Positions 51,071 through 60,825 of a stretch of DNA of 64,000 nucleotides are shown piece after piece (within the stretch, counting starts at the first letter, position 1; each line of letters begins with the position of its first letter). Under the pieces are notes generated by a model. That model worked only from the letters and a program-made list of their open reading frames with translations, had not been told where the DNA came from and did no database searches. The translations under genes and the position numbers were made by a program. Source of the stretch: Spirochaetia bacterium (lineage in GTDB: Bacteria > Spirochaetota > Spirochaetia > SP-2023); contig CBDDCK010000005.1 in assembly GCA_965225855.1 (NCBI GenBank), forward strand, positions 1,504,001 through 1,568,000, given 5' to 3'.

Positions 51071-51120
51071 TTTTTGTGTTTTTTTGTGTTTTTTTATGTT
51101 TTTTTATGTTTTTTTATGTT
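51071..51120. repeat. Five tandem 10-bp units (phased A/T tracts)
   Basis: TTTTTGTGTT x2 then TTTTTATGTT x3, directly upstream of the candidate promoter. Confidence 0.9.
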
Positions 51121-51273
51121 TGGGCACTTTTTTTGTGTGTTAGTGTTGTAATGAAAACGGGATATTATTCTTTCAGGGGCGTTCAGAATTTGGCCAACGA
51201 TTTCCGATGATTGTTGTATAGGTCCTGGATTATGTGCCGATGTAGAAAATTTCATTAAAGACTAGGGTATTAA

Positions 51274-51573
51274 TAGGTGGGAGGTAATTCTATTGATAGA
51301 TTTAAGTCGATTCTATTATATAGGTGTGAGGTAATTCTATCAATAGATTTAAGTCAAATCTATCAATAGGTGGGAGGTAATTCTATTGATAGATTTGGGT
51401 CGATTCTATTATATAGGTGGGAGGTAATTCTATTGATAGATTTAGGTCGATTCTATCAATAGGTGGGAGGTAATTCTATTGATAGATTTAGGTCGATTCT
51501 ATTATATAGGTGGGAGGTAATTCTATTGATAGATTTAGGTCGATTCTATTATATAGGTGTGAGGTAATTCTAT
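51274..51573. repeat. Tandem array of about 6.4 units of 46-47 bp with internal dyad symmetry
   Basis: Unit TAGGTGGGAGGTAATTCTATTGATAGATTTAGGTCGATTCTATTATA starts at 51274, 51321, 51367, 51414, 51460, 51507 and 51554 (partial). No unique spacers. Confidence 0.95.
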
Positions 51574-52390
51574 GGTTAGAGGGGTCTGGGGTATTTATTT
51601 ATCGGTATTGTTCTGCTTTAGCCTTAGCTAAAATTTCTTTTACCAGCCTATCATGAATAATCGTTTGGCTATGTTTTAGGCTTTTTTTATCTGAAGCCCT
51701 TTCGCCTTTACCTTGCGGCTCTTCTGGGTATTTAGCGAAAGCGCTCGTTTTGAGACCGTGGCCCGTTACCATGATATTTTGAAAGCATATTGTTGCCGAC
51801 AACCCATATGCCGAAAAACAAAAATTTTTTACTTGTTCCATTTGTGGATTCAGCCGAAAGGCACAAAAAAAGCGGTGCATGGTTTGGTTATCCTAGCACC
51901 GCTTTGGCTTTTTGAAGTTTTGAGCGTTTTGCTCTGGTTTGGTGTTAAAAATGGATTCTGGCTTTTTCTCGTGCTTGGAAAGTAAGCCAATTTTACCTTC
52001 CCATTTGTTCCAAAAAATCCCGAGTTATCACGTCTTATCCCGTTCAGTTATCATGTCCTCTTTCAATTGGGGGACGAGACTCAATTGCAAATATGGAATC
52101 TCAAGATGCAAAGAAAAACATAGAGAAAGGGCATGAGATGATGCAAAATAATTGAAAAGTGCTATTTACTAGCGATTTGAGCCTTTTATTTTGACCTTGA
52201 TGTTTTTGTATTGGTTTCATTAAAAATTTTTATTAAATTTTTTACAGTAATATTGCAGCTTATTATCGAATCTGAAATATATATTCTTAACTAATTTGTC
52301 TAAGCTATTTACGAAACTTTTGCATTGTAGGTTTTCTAAGTTTCTGCTAAACTGCTGATTTTTTCAAAAAACTCCAAAAAAGGAGAGAGT

Positions 52391-52870
52391 ATGGAAACTA
52401 TTGCAAGTTTTGAAGTCGACCATATCCGCATGTTGCGTGGTGTATTTGTTTCGCGCAAGGATTGTGTCGGTGATAAAGTGATCACTACGTTTGATATTCG
52501 TATGAAAGAGCCTAATCGGGAGCCAGTTATAGATGTACCGGCATTGCACAGCATAGAACATTTATCGGCCACCATTTTACGCAATGATGCCGAATATGGA
52601 GGGCGTATGGTTTATTTTGGGCCAATGGGTTGCCGCACTGGCTATTATTTAATTTTACAAGGGGATATGACGTCTAAAGAGGTTGTGCCTCTATTGCGTA
52701 AATTATTCCAGACGATTATCGATTGGAATGATGATGTGCCTGGGGCCAGTGCGGCTTGCTGTGGCAATTGGCGCGACCACAATTTAGAAATGGCTCATTG
52801 GGAATCGAAAAAATTCTTGCAAGAAATATTGGAAAAACCAGAGTACGACAATTTAAATTATCCAGAGTAA
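52391..52870 (+). CDS. luxS: S-ribosylhomocysteine lyase (AI-2 synthase)
   Basis: ASFEVDH, HSIEHL, GPMGCRTGYY and CGN motifs. Confidence 0.97.
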   Translation: METIASFEVDHIRMLRGVFVSRKDCVGDKVITTFDIRMKEPNREPVIDVPALHSIEHLSATILRNDAEYGGRMVYFGPMGCRTGYYLILQGDMTSKEVVPLLRKLFQTIIDWNDDVPGASAACCGNWRDHNLEMAHWESKKFLQEILEKPEYDNLNYPE

Positions 52871-52972
52871 ATTGTTATTGTGATGGATAATTTTATGAAT
52901 GGTTTTATTGGGTATAAAATTTGAAGCCGCAATAAAATATATTCATTATATGTAAGAAATAAGGATAGCTCG

Positions 52973-54271
52973 GTGGCCGATTATAAAATCCGTGTGGAAA
53001 TGGCTTTGCGTGAATTGCAAAAAGGAAATTTTGTGATTGTCGCAGATGATGATTCGCGTGAGAACGAAGCCGATCTAATTGCTGCTGCTGAATGTATTAG
53101 CCCTGCTTTGGTAAATTTTGCCATTACACAAGGGCGCGGTTTGTTGTGTCAAGCGATCGATGAAAAGACAGCGAGTTATTTGGCGTTGCCAACTATGAGC
53201 ACAGCTAATAATTCGATGTTTTCTACTGCGTTTACCGTTAGTGTCGATCATTGTGATGCTGGCACGGGGATTTCAGCTCCAGCTCGCTCTTTAACGATTC
53301 AAGCGATAGCAGAAGCAGCCGGTGATGCTCAGCATTTTCAGGCTACAGAGGCGGAGCTTGGCAAGCAGGCTGCTGTGCGCAAAGCGCTATTGCGCCCTGG
53401 CCATATCTTTCCATTGATTGCAATGCCGTGCGGGGTCTTACAGCGTAGGGGCCAAACGGAGGCTACGGTTGACTTGATGAGGCTTGCTGGGCTGAAACCT
53501 AGTGGTGTTCTTTGTGAGATCATAGCAGACAGCGGAGAGATGTTATCCGGTGTTGAGCTGAAAAATTTTGCAGCCAAACACAGTTTATGTATGCTTAGCG
53601 TAGAAGATATTGTTGCCTATCGGCGCAATATCTTCGGCCATGATTCGAGCGAGCAAGAACAGCTTGAAGCTCGTTTCAATGGGATTTTATTGCAGCAGGG
53701 TACAGAAGTAGAGTTGCCCTGCAAGCAGGGCCATTTTTATTCTTGCGCTGTGGAAGATGTGCATGACATTAGTGCCGAACATTTGTTGATTTGGAAAGGG
53801 AAACTAGATGAACAGAAAAATCCATTACTGCGTATTCATTCAGAATGTTTTACAGGTGAAGTGTTGTTTTCCCAGCGTTGTGATTGCCGCACTCAATTGG
53901 ACTTTGCTTTAGAGCATATTCAAGATGAAGGCCAAGGCTTAGTTATTTATTTGCGTCAGGAAGGCCGCGGTATTGGTCTGCGCAATAAATTGCGTGCCTA
54001 TCATATCCAACAAAAAGAAAATCTGGATACGGTAGAAGCGAATTTAGCGTTAGGTTTTGATGATGATCTTCGCGAATATTCGGTAGCTATCGGTGTATTG
54101 CGCCGTTTGCATATCTATAAAGTGCGTTTGCTGACCAATAATCCATATAAAATTCAGGCCTTAGAACAAGCTGGAATTACGGTAGAGCGTATCGCGATAG
54201 ATGTAGGTGAAAATACTTATAATCAGGATTATTTGGCCACCAAAAAAAATAAAAGTGGGCATTTATTATGA
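52973..54271 (+). CDS. ribBA: Bifunctional DHBP synthase / GTP cyclohydrolase II
   Basis: DDDSRENEADL, RPGHIFPL, RIHSECFTGE...RCDC and RQEGRGIGL motifs. Confidence 0.95.
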   Translation: MADYKIRVEMALRELQKGNFVIVADDDSRENEADLIAAAECISPALVNFAITQGRGLLCQAIDEKTASYLALPTMSTANNSMFSTAFTVSVDHCDAGTGISAPARSLTIQAIAEAAGDAQHFQATEAELGKQAAVRKALLRPGHIFPLIAMPCGVLQRRGQTEATVDLMRLAGLKPSGVLCEIIADSGEMLSGVELKNFAAKHSLCMLSVEDIVAYRRNIFGHDSSEQEQLEARFNGILLQQGTEVELPCKQGHFYSCAVEDVHDISAEHLLIWKGKLDEQKNPLLRIHSECFTGEVLFSQRCDCRTQLDFALEHIQDEGQGLVIYLRQEGRGIGLRNKLRAYHIQQKENLDTVEANLALGFDDDLREYSVAIGVLRRLHIYKVRLLTNNPYKIQALEQAGITVERIAIDVGENTYNQDYLATKKNKSGHLL

Positions 54272-54282
54272 GGAGTTAGTTT

Positions 54283-54768
54283 GTGAAAGAAGCGTATAAA
54301 ATTACAGAAGGATTATTCGATGTGCAAGGGATTCGCTGTGCGCTTGTCTGCTCTCGGTTTAATGAATTTATTGTCAGTAAGTTGCTTGGTGGTGCGATAG
54401 ATTGCCTTGTTCGACACGGTGCATCGGAAGCCGAGCAATCAGTATATTGGGTGCCCGGTGCGATGGAGCTGCCGTTGATCGCCCAAAAGTTAGCTCAACG
54501 GCAAAATATTGATGTGGTGATTTCTTTGGGAGCTGTTATTCGTGGTGGTACCCCGCATTTTGATATAGTGGCGAATGAAGTTTCAAAAGGCATCGCCCAA
54601 GTATCGCTGCAATCTGGCAAGCCGGTAATTTTTGGTGTGTTGACTACCGATAGTATTGAACAAGCTATCGAGCGAGCAGGCACGAAAATGGGCAATAAAG
54701 GTTGGGAAGCGGCTCTCAGCGCAATGGAAATGCATAGTTTGTGCCAAAAAATACAAGGTGAATATTAA
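54283..54768 (+). CDS. ribH: 6,7-dimethyl-8-ribityllumazine synthase
   Basis: [28 protein letters not shown] and EQAIERAG motifs. Confidence 0.97.
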   Translation: MKEAYKITEGLFDVQGIRCALVCSRFNEFIVSKLLGGAIDCLVRHGASEAEQSVYWVPGAMELPLIAQKLAQRQNIDVVISLGAVIRGGTPHFDIVANEVSKGIAQVSLQSGKPVIFGVLTTDSIEQAIERAGTKMGNKGWEAALSAMEMHSLCQKIQGEY

Positions 54769-55367
54769 TGCTTCCCGCGGTGCTACAGGAACAAGAATTT
54801 CTTTTTGAGCCGGCGCAAAAATCGCAAACGGTTACGAAAATAGAGCGTATTGTGCTATACACTGATGGAGGGTGTAGGGGAAACCCCGGCCCCGGAGCTT
54901 GGGCTGCGGTTAGCTATCTGGAATGCAGACATACTCAAGTTGGCAATAGCCATAGTAATGGCAATGGAATTGAGAATGTTTCTTCTTATGAAATGGCAGG
55001 TTCTGCTGTGCGTACTACTAATAACCAGATGGAGCTACAAGCAGTGATTGAAGGCTTACAATCACTGCCACAAAATTATCCTGAATTTTTTGGTGGTGGG
55101 AACGATACTCCAGAGATTTCTATTCACACGGATTCCCAGTATGTAAAAAACGGTATTACCAGCTGGATTCATACATGGAAAAAAAATTCTTGGCGCACTA
55201 GTTCTAAAAAACCGGTTAAAAATCAAAAGCTCTGGCAGGAATTGGATCGCCAATCTTATTGGATTGAACAACACACAAAATTACAATGGCATTGGGTCAA
55301 AGGCCATGCAGGGCTATACTATAATGAACGTTGTGATCAGCTAGTACGGCAAAATTTCCTCTGTTAA
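54768..55367 (+). CDS. rnhA: Ribonuclease HI
   Basis: YTDGGCRGNPGPG, TTNNQMEL, TDSQYV and WVKGHAG...NERCD motifs. Confidence 0.95.
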   Translation: MLPAVLQEQEFLFEPAQKSQTVTKIERIVLYTDGGCRGNPGPGAWAAVSYLECRHTQVGNSHSNGNGIENVSSYEMAGSAVRTTNNQMELQAVIEGLQSLPQNYPEFFGGGNDTPEISIHTDSQYVKNGITSWIHTWKKNSWRTSSKKPVKNQKLWQELDRQSYWIEQHTKLQWHWVKGHAGLYYNERCDQLVRQNFLC

Positions 55368-55393
55368 TGTTTACACTCAAGGAAAGATAAAAA

Positions 55394-56668
55394 TTACATT
55401 AGGCTGCGTTCAATCAGTAGGCGTTGTTCGTGATGGAAAACGGGTAGGGCAATGCGCAGTAATGTTCCTCTTCCCTCTTCGCTTTGGATTTGTAAATCGC
55501 CATTATGGGTTTGAATAATCCGTAAAACCATGGTCATTCCTAAGCCAGAGCCTTGGGCACTTGTTGTGAAAAAAGGTTCCAAAACTTTCTGTTTTGTCTC
55601 GTCTGACATGCCGCAACCATTGTCGAGAATTTCTAAATATATGTTATTATTTTTATGATAGCTTTTTAGCGTTAGGCTACCCATGTAGGATTCGCAATAT
55701 GATTCACATTTTCCACTTTTTTGTAGTTGCAATTTTTTTTCTTCAATCGCTTGGATAGCATTTTGCAGTAAATTGAACAGCAAGCGTTTCAACATAGAAA
55801 TGTCGATTGCAGCGTTGGGCAATTCTTTAGCCAGATCTAGTACCAATCTTATGTTTTTGTTTTCTAATTCTGGTTGCAATAATTCCAAGCAAGGCAAGAT
55901 CACATTGTGGATACTTTGGCTTACCAGCTCTAATTCCAAAGGGCGCACCGTTAGCAAAAAATCTGTAACAAAAGTATTTAAATGTTCAATTTCCTCTTGA
56001 ACAATATTGCTATATTCCAGTAGCTGCTGATGTAGTGTTTCGCTATTTTCAGGCTTACGCAGCAGTCGCTGAATCAATTGAACGTGGAGGCTCATGGCTG
56101 CCAATGGATTTTTGATTTCATGGGCAACCCCAGCCGTAACGGTAGAAAGAGAAGCCAAAATACCTAACTGCTTTACTTGTCGTTCTTGTTGTCGTAATTC
56201 GCTAATATCGGTAATTAAAAGAATCCAACCTTCAATAGCTCCATTGCGCACTTGGGAAGATATTTCTATTCGTGTAACATATAATTTATTGTTAGAATCA
56301 AAAAATTGAAATTCCCGGGGTTGAGGCAGGCCTTCGCCCTGTAATTCGTTTTCCAACCAATGGGCTAAATCTTCATGAGCCAAATCATGCCAAAATGGCC
56401 AATTAGTATTAGAAGGTTGGCTATTGGACTGGTGCGAAAAAAATAACGAAAACCGTTTAGCGGCCCGATTCATCAATTGTAAATGGAAATCTTTATTGAG
56501 TAGTATAATACCAATCGGTAGGGATTGCAGAAGAGTTTCTCCTTGTTCTAACTCTTTAGAAAGTTCTTTCACTAAATATTCTAAGCGTTCTTTGCCTAAC
56601 CGTTTACTGCTTTTGAGTCGCTCACTGGAAAACAAATTCAAGTTATTGCGCCTGCTGAAAAATGCCAT
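55394..56668 (-). CDS. Cytoplasmic PAS-domain sensor histidine kinase (NtrB/Hk2-like)
   Basis: AHEIKNPL H-box, NLLQNA, DNGCGM, EPFFTT and GSGLGM motifs. Confidence 0.92.
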   Translation of the reverse strand: MAFFSRRNNLNLFSSERLKSSKRLGKERLEYLVKELSKELEQGETLLQSLPIGIILLNKDFHLQLMNRAAKRFSLFFSHQSNSQPSNTNWPFWHDLAHEDLAHWLENELQGEGLPQPREFQFFDSNNKLYVTRIEISSQVRNGAIEGWILLITDISELRQQERQVKQLGILASLSTVTAGVAHEIKNPLAAMSLHVQLIQRLLRKPENSETLHQQLLEYSNIVQEEIEHLNTFVTDFLLTVRPLELELVSQSIHNVILPCLELLQPELENKNIRLVLDLAKELPNAAIDISMLKRLLFNLLQNAIQAIEEKKLQLQKSGKCESYCESYMGSLTLKSYHKNNNIYLEILDNGCGMSDETKQKVLEPFFTTSAQGSGLGMTMVLRIIQTHNGDLQIQSEEGRGTLLRIALPVFHHEQRLLIERSLM

Positions 56669-56670
56669 AA

Positions 56671-57936
56671 TTATTCCTCATTATGATAATTTTGAGTATC
56701 ATATTCTTGTAATAATTCTAAGTAGATATTTTGCAGTAAAAGTATGGCTGGATCGTGATAAATGGTATGCCGTTTTATGGCATCTCGCCCAAGTTGTAAA
56801 AATTTTTGGTAGCGAAAAAAATTGTGTTCGGCCAATAGTTTTTTGGGAGTGTGGTGTTGGGCGATACATTCTTTTTGCAGCATAGAACCTAAATGCTGTA
56901 AAAATGCTTTTAGGTCTAATTTGTTAAAATTTGATTTCAGGGTAAAAAAAGGCCGCCTTTCGCTAAGTGAGTGGAGGAATAATTCACACTCGGCTTGTAT
57001 TGTAGAAAAATCTTGCTCACCAGTTAGAAATAATTGTTTTAATGTTTCGCAATTCGATGTGCGGAAAACTTTTTGTACGATTTGCTGTTCTTCTTCTGCG
57101 CTGCGTTCGCGCAATCCTATCAACCGCAAGCGTGAAAGAATGGTGGGAAGTAATGCTTGTTTTTTTCGTGTTGTCAGAATGAAATAACAATTTTCGGGTG
57201 GTTCTTCTAAAAGTTTTAATATGGCATTGGAAGCTGAAGCATTCATCATATCGACATTTTCGAGAATAGCCACTTTAGCGGTTTCACTAGTTTGATAACT
57301 CCAATGCTGTAGTTGGCGAATTTGTTGGACGGGAATCCCCGTTGGAATTGCGGCAATTAATATTTCAGCTAGGTCTTGCGTGCGATTTAAATCCTTTATC
57401 AAGAGATTTTTATCTTCAAAAATAACTTCAGCTTCTTTAAGAATATCTTTAGGCCGCAACTTTGCCAATAATTCTATAAATTCTTCTTGGACTTTGTGGG
57501 CTTTGCGTTCTTTATCGGTTTTAGTCTTGCCTTCTTTCCAAAGAGCTTTGTCATAGCGTTTGAGAATTTTATTGAGGCTGCGTAGCCAAACCAACAATAG
57601 TATGCGCAATTGTTTTGGGGGAAGACCATTCACTAAAGCTTGCTCAAAGAATTTACGACAGATGTTCATTTCTCTGCTAAAGTCCGAACTACCTAAAACG
57701 AGGACTTGGTTTTGCGATAATTCTCGTTGTTGTCGGCAAGACCAGCAATCACAGGTCCATTTGCCAAGCTCACTGTTATTTTGGCAAGTCAAAACCCTTG
57801 AGAGTTCGAGTGCCAAAGTTGTTTTACCACTTAAAGGGCTACCATGTATTAAAATAGAAGGCGGGAGAGTCCGACTGATAATATCTTTGCTTAATTCGCT
57901 ACAGGCATTTTTTTGGAAGAGTATATTGTCAAACAT
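56671..57936 (-). CDS. holB: DNA polymerase III delta-prime-like clamp loader subunit
   Basis: FDNILFQ, GKTTLALE, C...C.C.SC, ASNAILKLLEEPP and LLPTILSR motifs. Confidence 0.75.
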   Translation of the reverse strand: MFDNILFQKNACSELSKDIISRTLPPSILIHGSPLSGKTTLALELSRVLTCQNNSELGKWTCDCWSCRQQRELSQNQVLVLGSSDFSREMNICRKFFEQALVNGLPPKQLRILLLVWLRSLNKILKRYDKALWKEGKTKTDKERKAHKVQEEFIELLAKLRPKDILKEAEVIFEDKNLLIKDLNRTQDLAEILIAAIPTGIPVQQIRQLQHWSYQTSETAKVAILENVDMMNASASNAILKLLEEPPENCYFILTTRKKQALLPTILSRLRLIGLRERSAEEEQQIVQKVFRTSNCETLKQLFLTGEQDFSTIQAECELFLHSLSERRPFFTLKSNFNKLDLKAFLQHLGSMLQKECIAQHHTPKKLLAEHNFFRYQKFLQLGRDAIKRHTIYHDPAILLLQNIYLELLQEYDTQNYHNEE

Positions 57937-58222
57937 AGGCTTGTATAACCATTAAAGTAATGAATTTAGGAGTATATTGTGGTAAGAAGAACTATTGTAA
58001 AGTTTCGGGGAAAGTTAGGGTAGCATCGCTTGTATCTTTCTGGTCAAATGATTTCATTAAAAATATGAAAAAATTAATAAAAATGTATTTGAAAAAATAT
58101 AGAAAATTTGTATCATATACTTCCTGAAATCTGCTTAGGTTTTAGCAAACTTTTGTTCGATTTTAATAGCACTCCCTCATTTAAAAGAGAGAGTACCTTT
58201 ATTCTTTAGGAGTTGTGTATTT

Positions 58223-59104
58223 ATGATTATTAATCACAACGTTAGTGCCTTGAATGCTCAGAGAGTTCAAGGGCTTAACGATATATCTACTATGCGTAGC
58301 ATGGAAAAACTTTCTTCTGGTGAGCGTATTAACCATGCTGCTGATGATGCTGCTGGCTTGGCCATCTCCGAGAAAATGCGCGGGCAGGTTGCAGGCTTAA
58401 ATCAGGCTAGTCGCAATATTCAAGATGGTGTTTCTTTTATCCAAGCCACTGAAGGTTATTTAAGTGAAACTGTCAGTATTATTCAGCGTTTGCGTGTTTT
58501 GGCTGTTCAATCTGCAAATGGTATCAACCAAGATGAAGATCGCCGGCAAATTCAGGTAGAAGTAAGCCAGTTAATTGCTGAAGTCGATAGGATTTCTTCC
58601 CAAGCTCAATTTAATGGTATGAATATGCTCAACGGTGAATTTGCTGGTGAAGGTCAGCAAACGGCTGCGCCTGCGGCAAGTGGTGAAATTGTTACTGCTG
58701 TTCAATCTTCTGGTGCTTTAGTGATTCATATGGGCGCCAATACAGACCAGAGCTCCAGTATCATGATTGCTAATATGAATGCTGCAAACTTAGGTATTGT
58801 TGAGCTTGATCTTACTGGTTCTGACAGCGCAAATCAGGCTATCGGTGTATTAGATGGATCTTTGCGTATGGTTAACAAACAGCGTGCTGATTTGGGTGCT
58901 TATCAAAATCGTTTGACTGAAGCACGCAAAGGTGTTGATATCGCTTCAGAAAATCTTCAAGCTGCTGAGTCTCGTATTCGCGATACCAATATGGCTAATC
59001 AGGTTGTTGATTTTACTCGTGATCAAATTAAGTTACAAACAGCTGTAGCTATGCTCGCACAGGCTAATCAGCGTCCTCAGCAGATTCTTCAGCTCTTAGG
59101 GTAA
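58223..59104 (+). CDS. flaB: Flagellar filament core protein (flagellin), second paralogue
   Basis: [34 protein letters not shown] and AAESRIRD motifs. Confidence 0.97.
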   Translation: MIINHNVSALNAQRVQGLNDISTMRSMEKLSSGERINHAADDAAGLAISEKMRGQVAGLNQASRNIQDGVSFIQATEGYLSETVSIIQRLRVLAVQSANGINQDEDRRQIQVEVSQLIAEVDRISSQAQFNGMNMLNGEFAGEGQQTAAPAASGEIVTAVQSSGALVIHMGANTDQSSSIMIANMNAANLGIVELDLTGSDSANQAIGVLDGSLRMVNKQRADLGAYQNRLTEARKGVDIASENLQAAESRIRDTNMANQVVDFTRDQIKLQTAVAMLAQANQRPQQILQLLG

Positions 59105-59140
59105 GGGCTTAATGGTGACGTCTGGAGGGGTGCTGTAAAA

Positions 59141-59174
59141 ATAAAAAAGCAGTGTAACCACACTGCTTTTTTAT
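59141..59174. terminator. Bidirectional intrinsic terminator between convergent genes
   Basis: ATAAAAAAGCAGTGT-AACC-ACACTGCTTTTTTAT. Confidence 0.88.
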
Positions 59175-59238
59175 GTATTTTTATTGATTTATAAGTAATC
59201 CCTCTTCTGGGCCTGTAGTAAAACTTACAGTTTGATTA

Positions 59239-60129
59239 TCACTGTTCCGGCTGAATGGTTTCGTCATAGCTATCGGCAGCAATTTGAATTTTTTCACTTT
59301 GAAGGAATAGCAATTGATTTTCGGCCATGGTTTTCCATTGTTTGAAAGTGTTGCGAAAATTACCGGTAATTAAATTCTCCCCTCCGAGGAATCCACTGAC
59401 CTGCTGTAGTTCTTGCCCTAGGGATTGAACTTGCTGCCAATATAGTATCGCTTCATCTTTTTTGTCATTGCGGGCAAAATAATTGCCTAGGTAGATGCTA
59501 GCAATTATTTGTTCTGGTTCTGGTCCGTTTATATCGGCTAGTTCTTGCCATAGCGATATAGCTTTTGCGGTTTGGCCTTCAGAATAAAACAGCCCGGCTA
59601 AGTGCAGCTTGGCTATACTGTGAAAGGTTGGGTCTTGTAAAGTGAGCAATTTTTCTAAAGCGGCTTTGCCATTTTGCATGGTTTGAAAATTAGTTTTTCC
59701 TTTTAAATACAAAGCTTTACGAAATTTAATCCAGTAGGCCCAGGCTTGAATATTTTTTTGTGAGGCTGCAATATTTTGTTCTAACAAAGTCTCTAAGGTT
59801 TTTTCCGTTTCTTCTTTTTTTCGCTTTGTCTCCTCATCTATATCCAGTTTTTCGTTGCTGTCTTCCAAATTTTTTGCTGCAGTCAAAAGACTTTCTGGAT
59901 TTGCTTCCTGCCATTGTTCAAATGCTTTGCGCATTTGGTAAATGGTCTCTGCTATTTTTTGACGATTGGAGGAGCTTACGGCTACGAAAATGCCCCAGCC
60001 AATGGCAATGGCTATTATGCTAACTGTGGAAATTAAAATCATTTTACGCCAACGAAATAATATATCTGAAATCTTGTCAGCAAAACTATTTTGATTATTG
60101 TTACTTTGGCTTTGTTGTTCATTACCCAT
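59239..60129 (-). CDS. Membrane-anchored TPR-like protein (YfgM-like topology)
   Basis: Short cytoplasmic N-terminus, one TM helix, then helical TPR-like repeats (LAGLFYSEGQTAKAISLWQ, LGNYFARNDKKDEAILYWQ). Confidence 0.65.
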   Translation of the reverse strand: MGNEQQSQSNNNQNSFADKISDILFRWRKMILISTVSIIAIAIGWGIFVAVSSSNRQKIAETIYQMRKAFEQWQEANPESLLTAAKNLEDSNEKLDIDEETKRKKEETEKTLETLLEQNIAASQKNIQAWAYWIKFRKALYLKGKTNFQTMQNGKAALEKLLTLQDPTFHSIAKLHLAGLFYSEGQTAKAISLWQELADINGPEPEQIIASIYLGNYFARNDKKDEAILYWQQVQSLGQELQQVSGFLGGENLITGNFRNTFKQWKTMAENQLLFLQSEKIQIAADSYDETIQPEQ

Positions 60130-60735
60130 GGATATAACCTTTCAATATCATTTTTAGAGATAATTTTCCATACAACCTATGCACAAGTTCTGTTTGTGAT
60201 TGTAGAAAATTAATCGTGGACTCTACTGTTTTTAGCTTTTTTAGACAAGGAGCTAACTCACATATTCTGATTTTCTAAAATATGGCTGGCGATAGTAAAT
60301 TGGGGTTTTGTAATAAAGTTCAATAATTGATGAAGGTTAGAAAATATTGACTTTCATTATTGGTAAACCTAACCTATTTCTTTAACATAACTTAGTGTAA
60401 CACTTTCAGTTAAATATTTGTTCATTTAGCCCACCCCAACACCAAACCAATAACTGCCCCACCCCCAACCAACACCCCCAAAGCAACAAACCCAAAACAC
60501 TGTATGGCCAAAGTTGTTTGCGCAAAGCGCTTTCGGTATATACGGGAAGAGCTTCGACTAAATACGGAGAGAGCCCCGACTAAATACGGGAAGCCAATAT
60601 AGCCAAAACTATTGATCATTGCATGAAAACAACCAAAGGCCAACACCCCCCCAAGCCTTTTGATTGGCATTGATTTTTAACCACCTTACAACACTAAAAA
60701 AACACAAAAAAACTTACAAAAATCTTATATAGGCC

Positions 60736-60762
60736 TTGACCCAATTCCCCCCCTAACACAAT
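60736..60762 (+). promoter_or_regulatory. Candidate promoter with a C7 tract (paralogue 3)
   Basis: TTGACC-CAATT-C7-TAA-CACAAT, a 15-nt spacer. Confidence 0.45.
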
Positions 60763-60825
60763 AGGGCGCTATATACTAGCCCGTATGGGTTGGCTAATCT
60801 TTATCCATTCTTGGAGGTATTGCTT

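Larger units (their letters stand above)
48401..52056 (-). mobile_element. Putative non-autonomous cassette 2 carrying a surface lipoprotein gene, bounded by doubled inverted motifs
   Basis: GACGTGATAACTCG (48423-48436) and CGAGTTATCACGTC (52021-52034) form a perfect 14-bp inverted pair. Each has a second copy 23 bp further out (48401-48411 and 52046-52056). Confidence 0.5.

Noticed and set aside
51274..51573. CRISPR array
   Set aside because: Units are contiguous near-identical tandem repeats with no unique spacers, and no cas genes are in the window.
48390..52070. Target-site duplications flanking cassettes 1 and 2
   Set aside because: I checked outside both inner and outer motifs and found no matching direct repeat, so classical DDE transposition is not demonstrated.
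52871..52972. FMN riboswitch upstream of ribBA
   Set aside because: The region is only ~100 nt, AT-rich, and lacks the conserved RFN core sequences.
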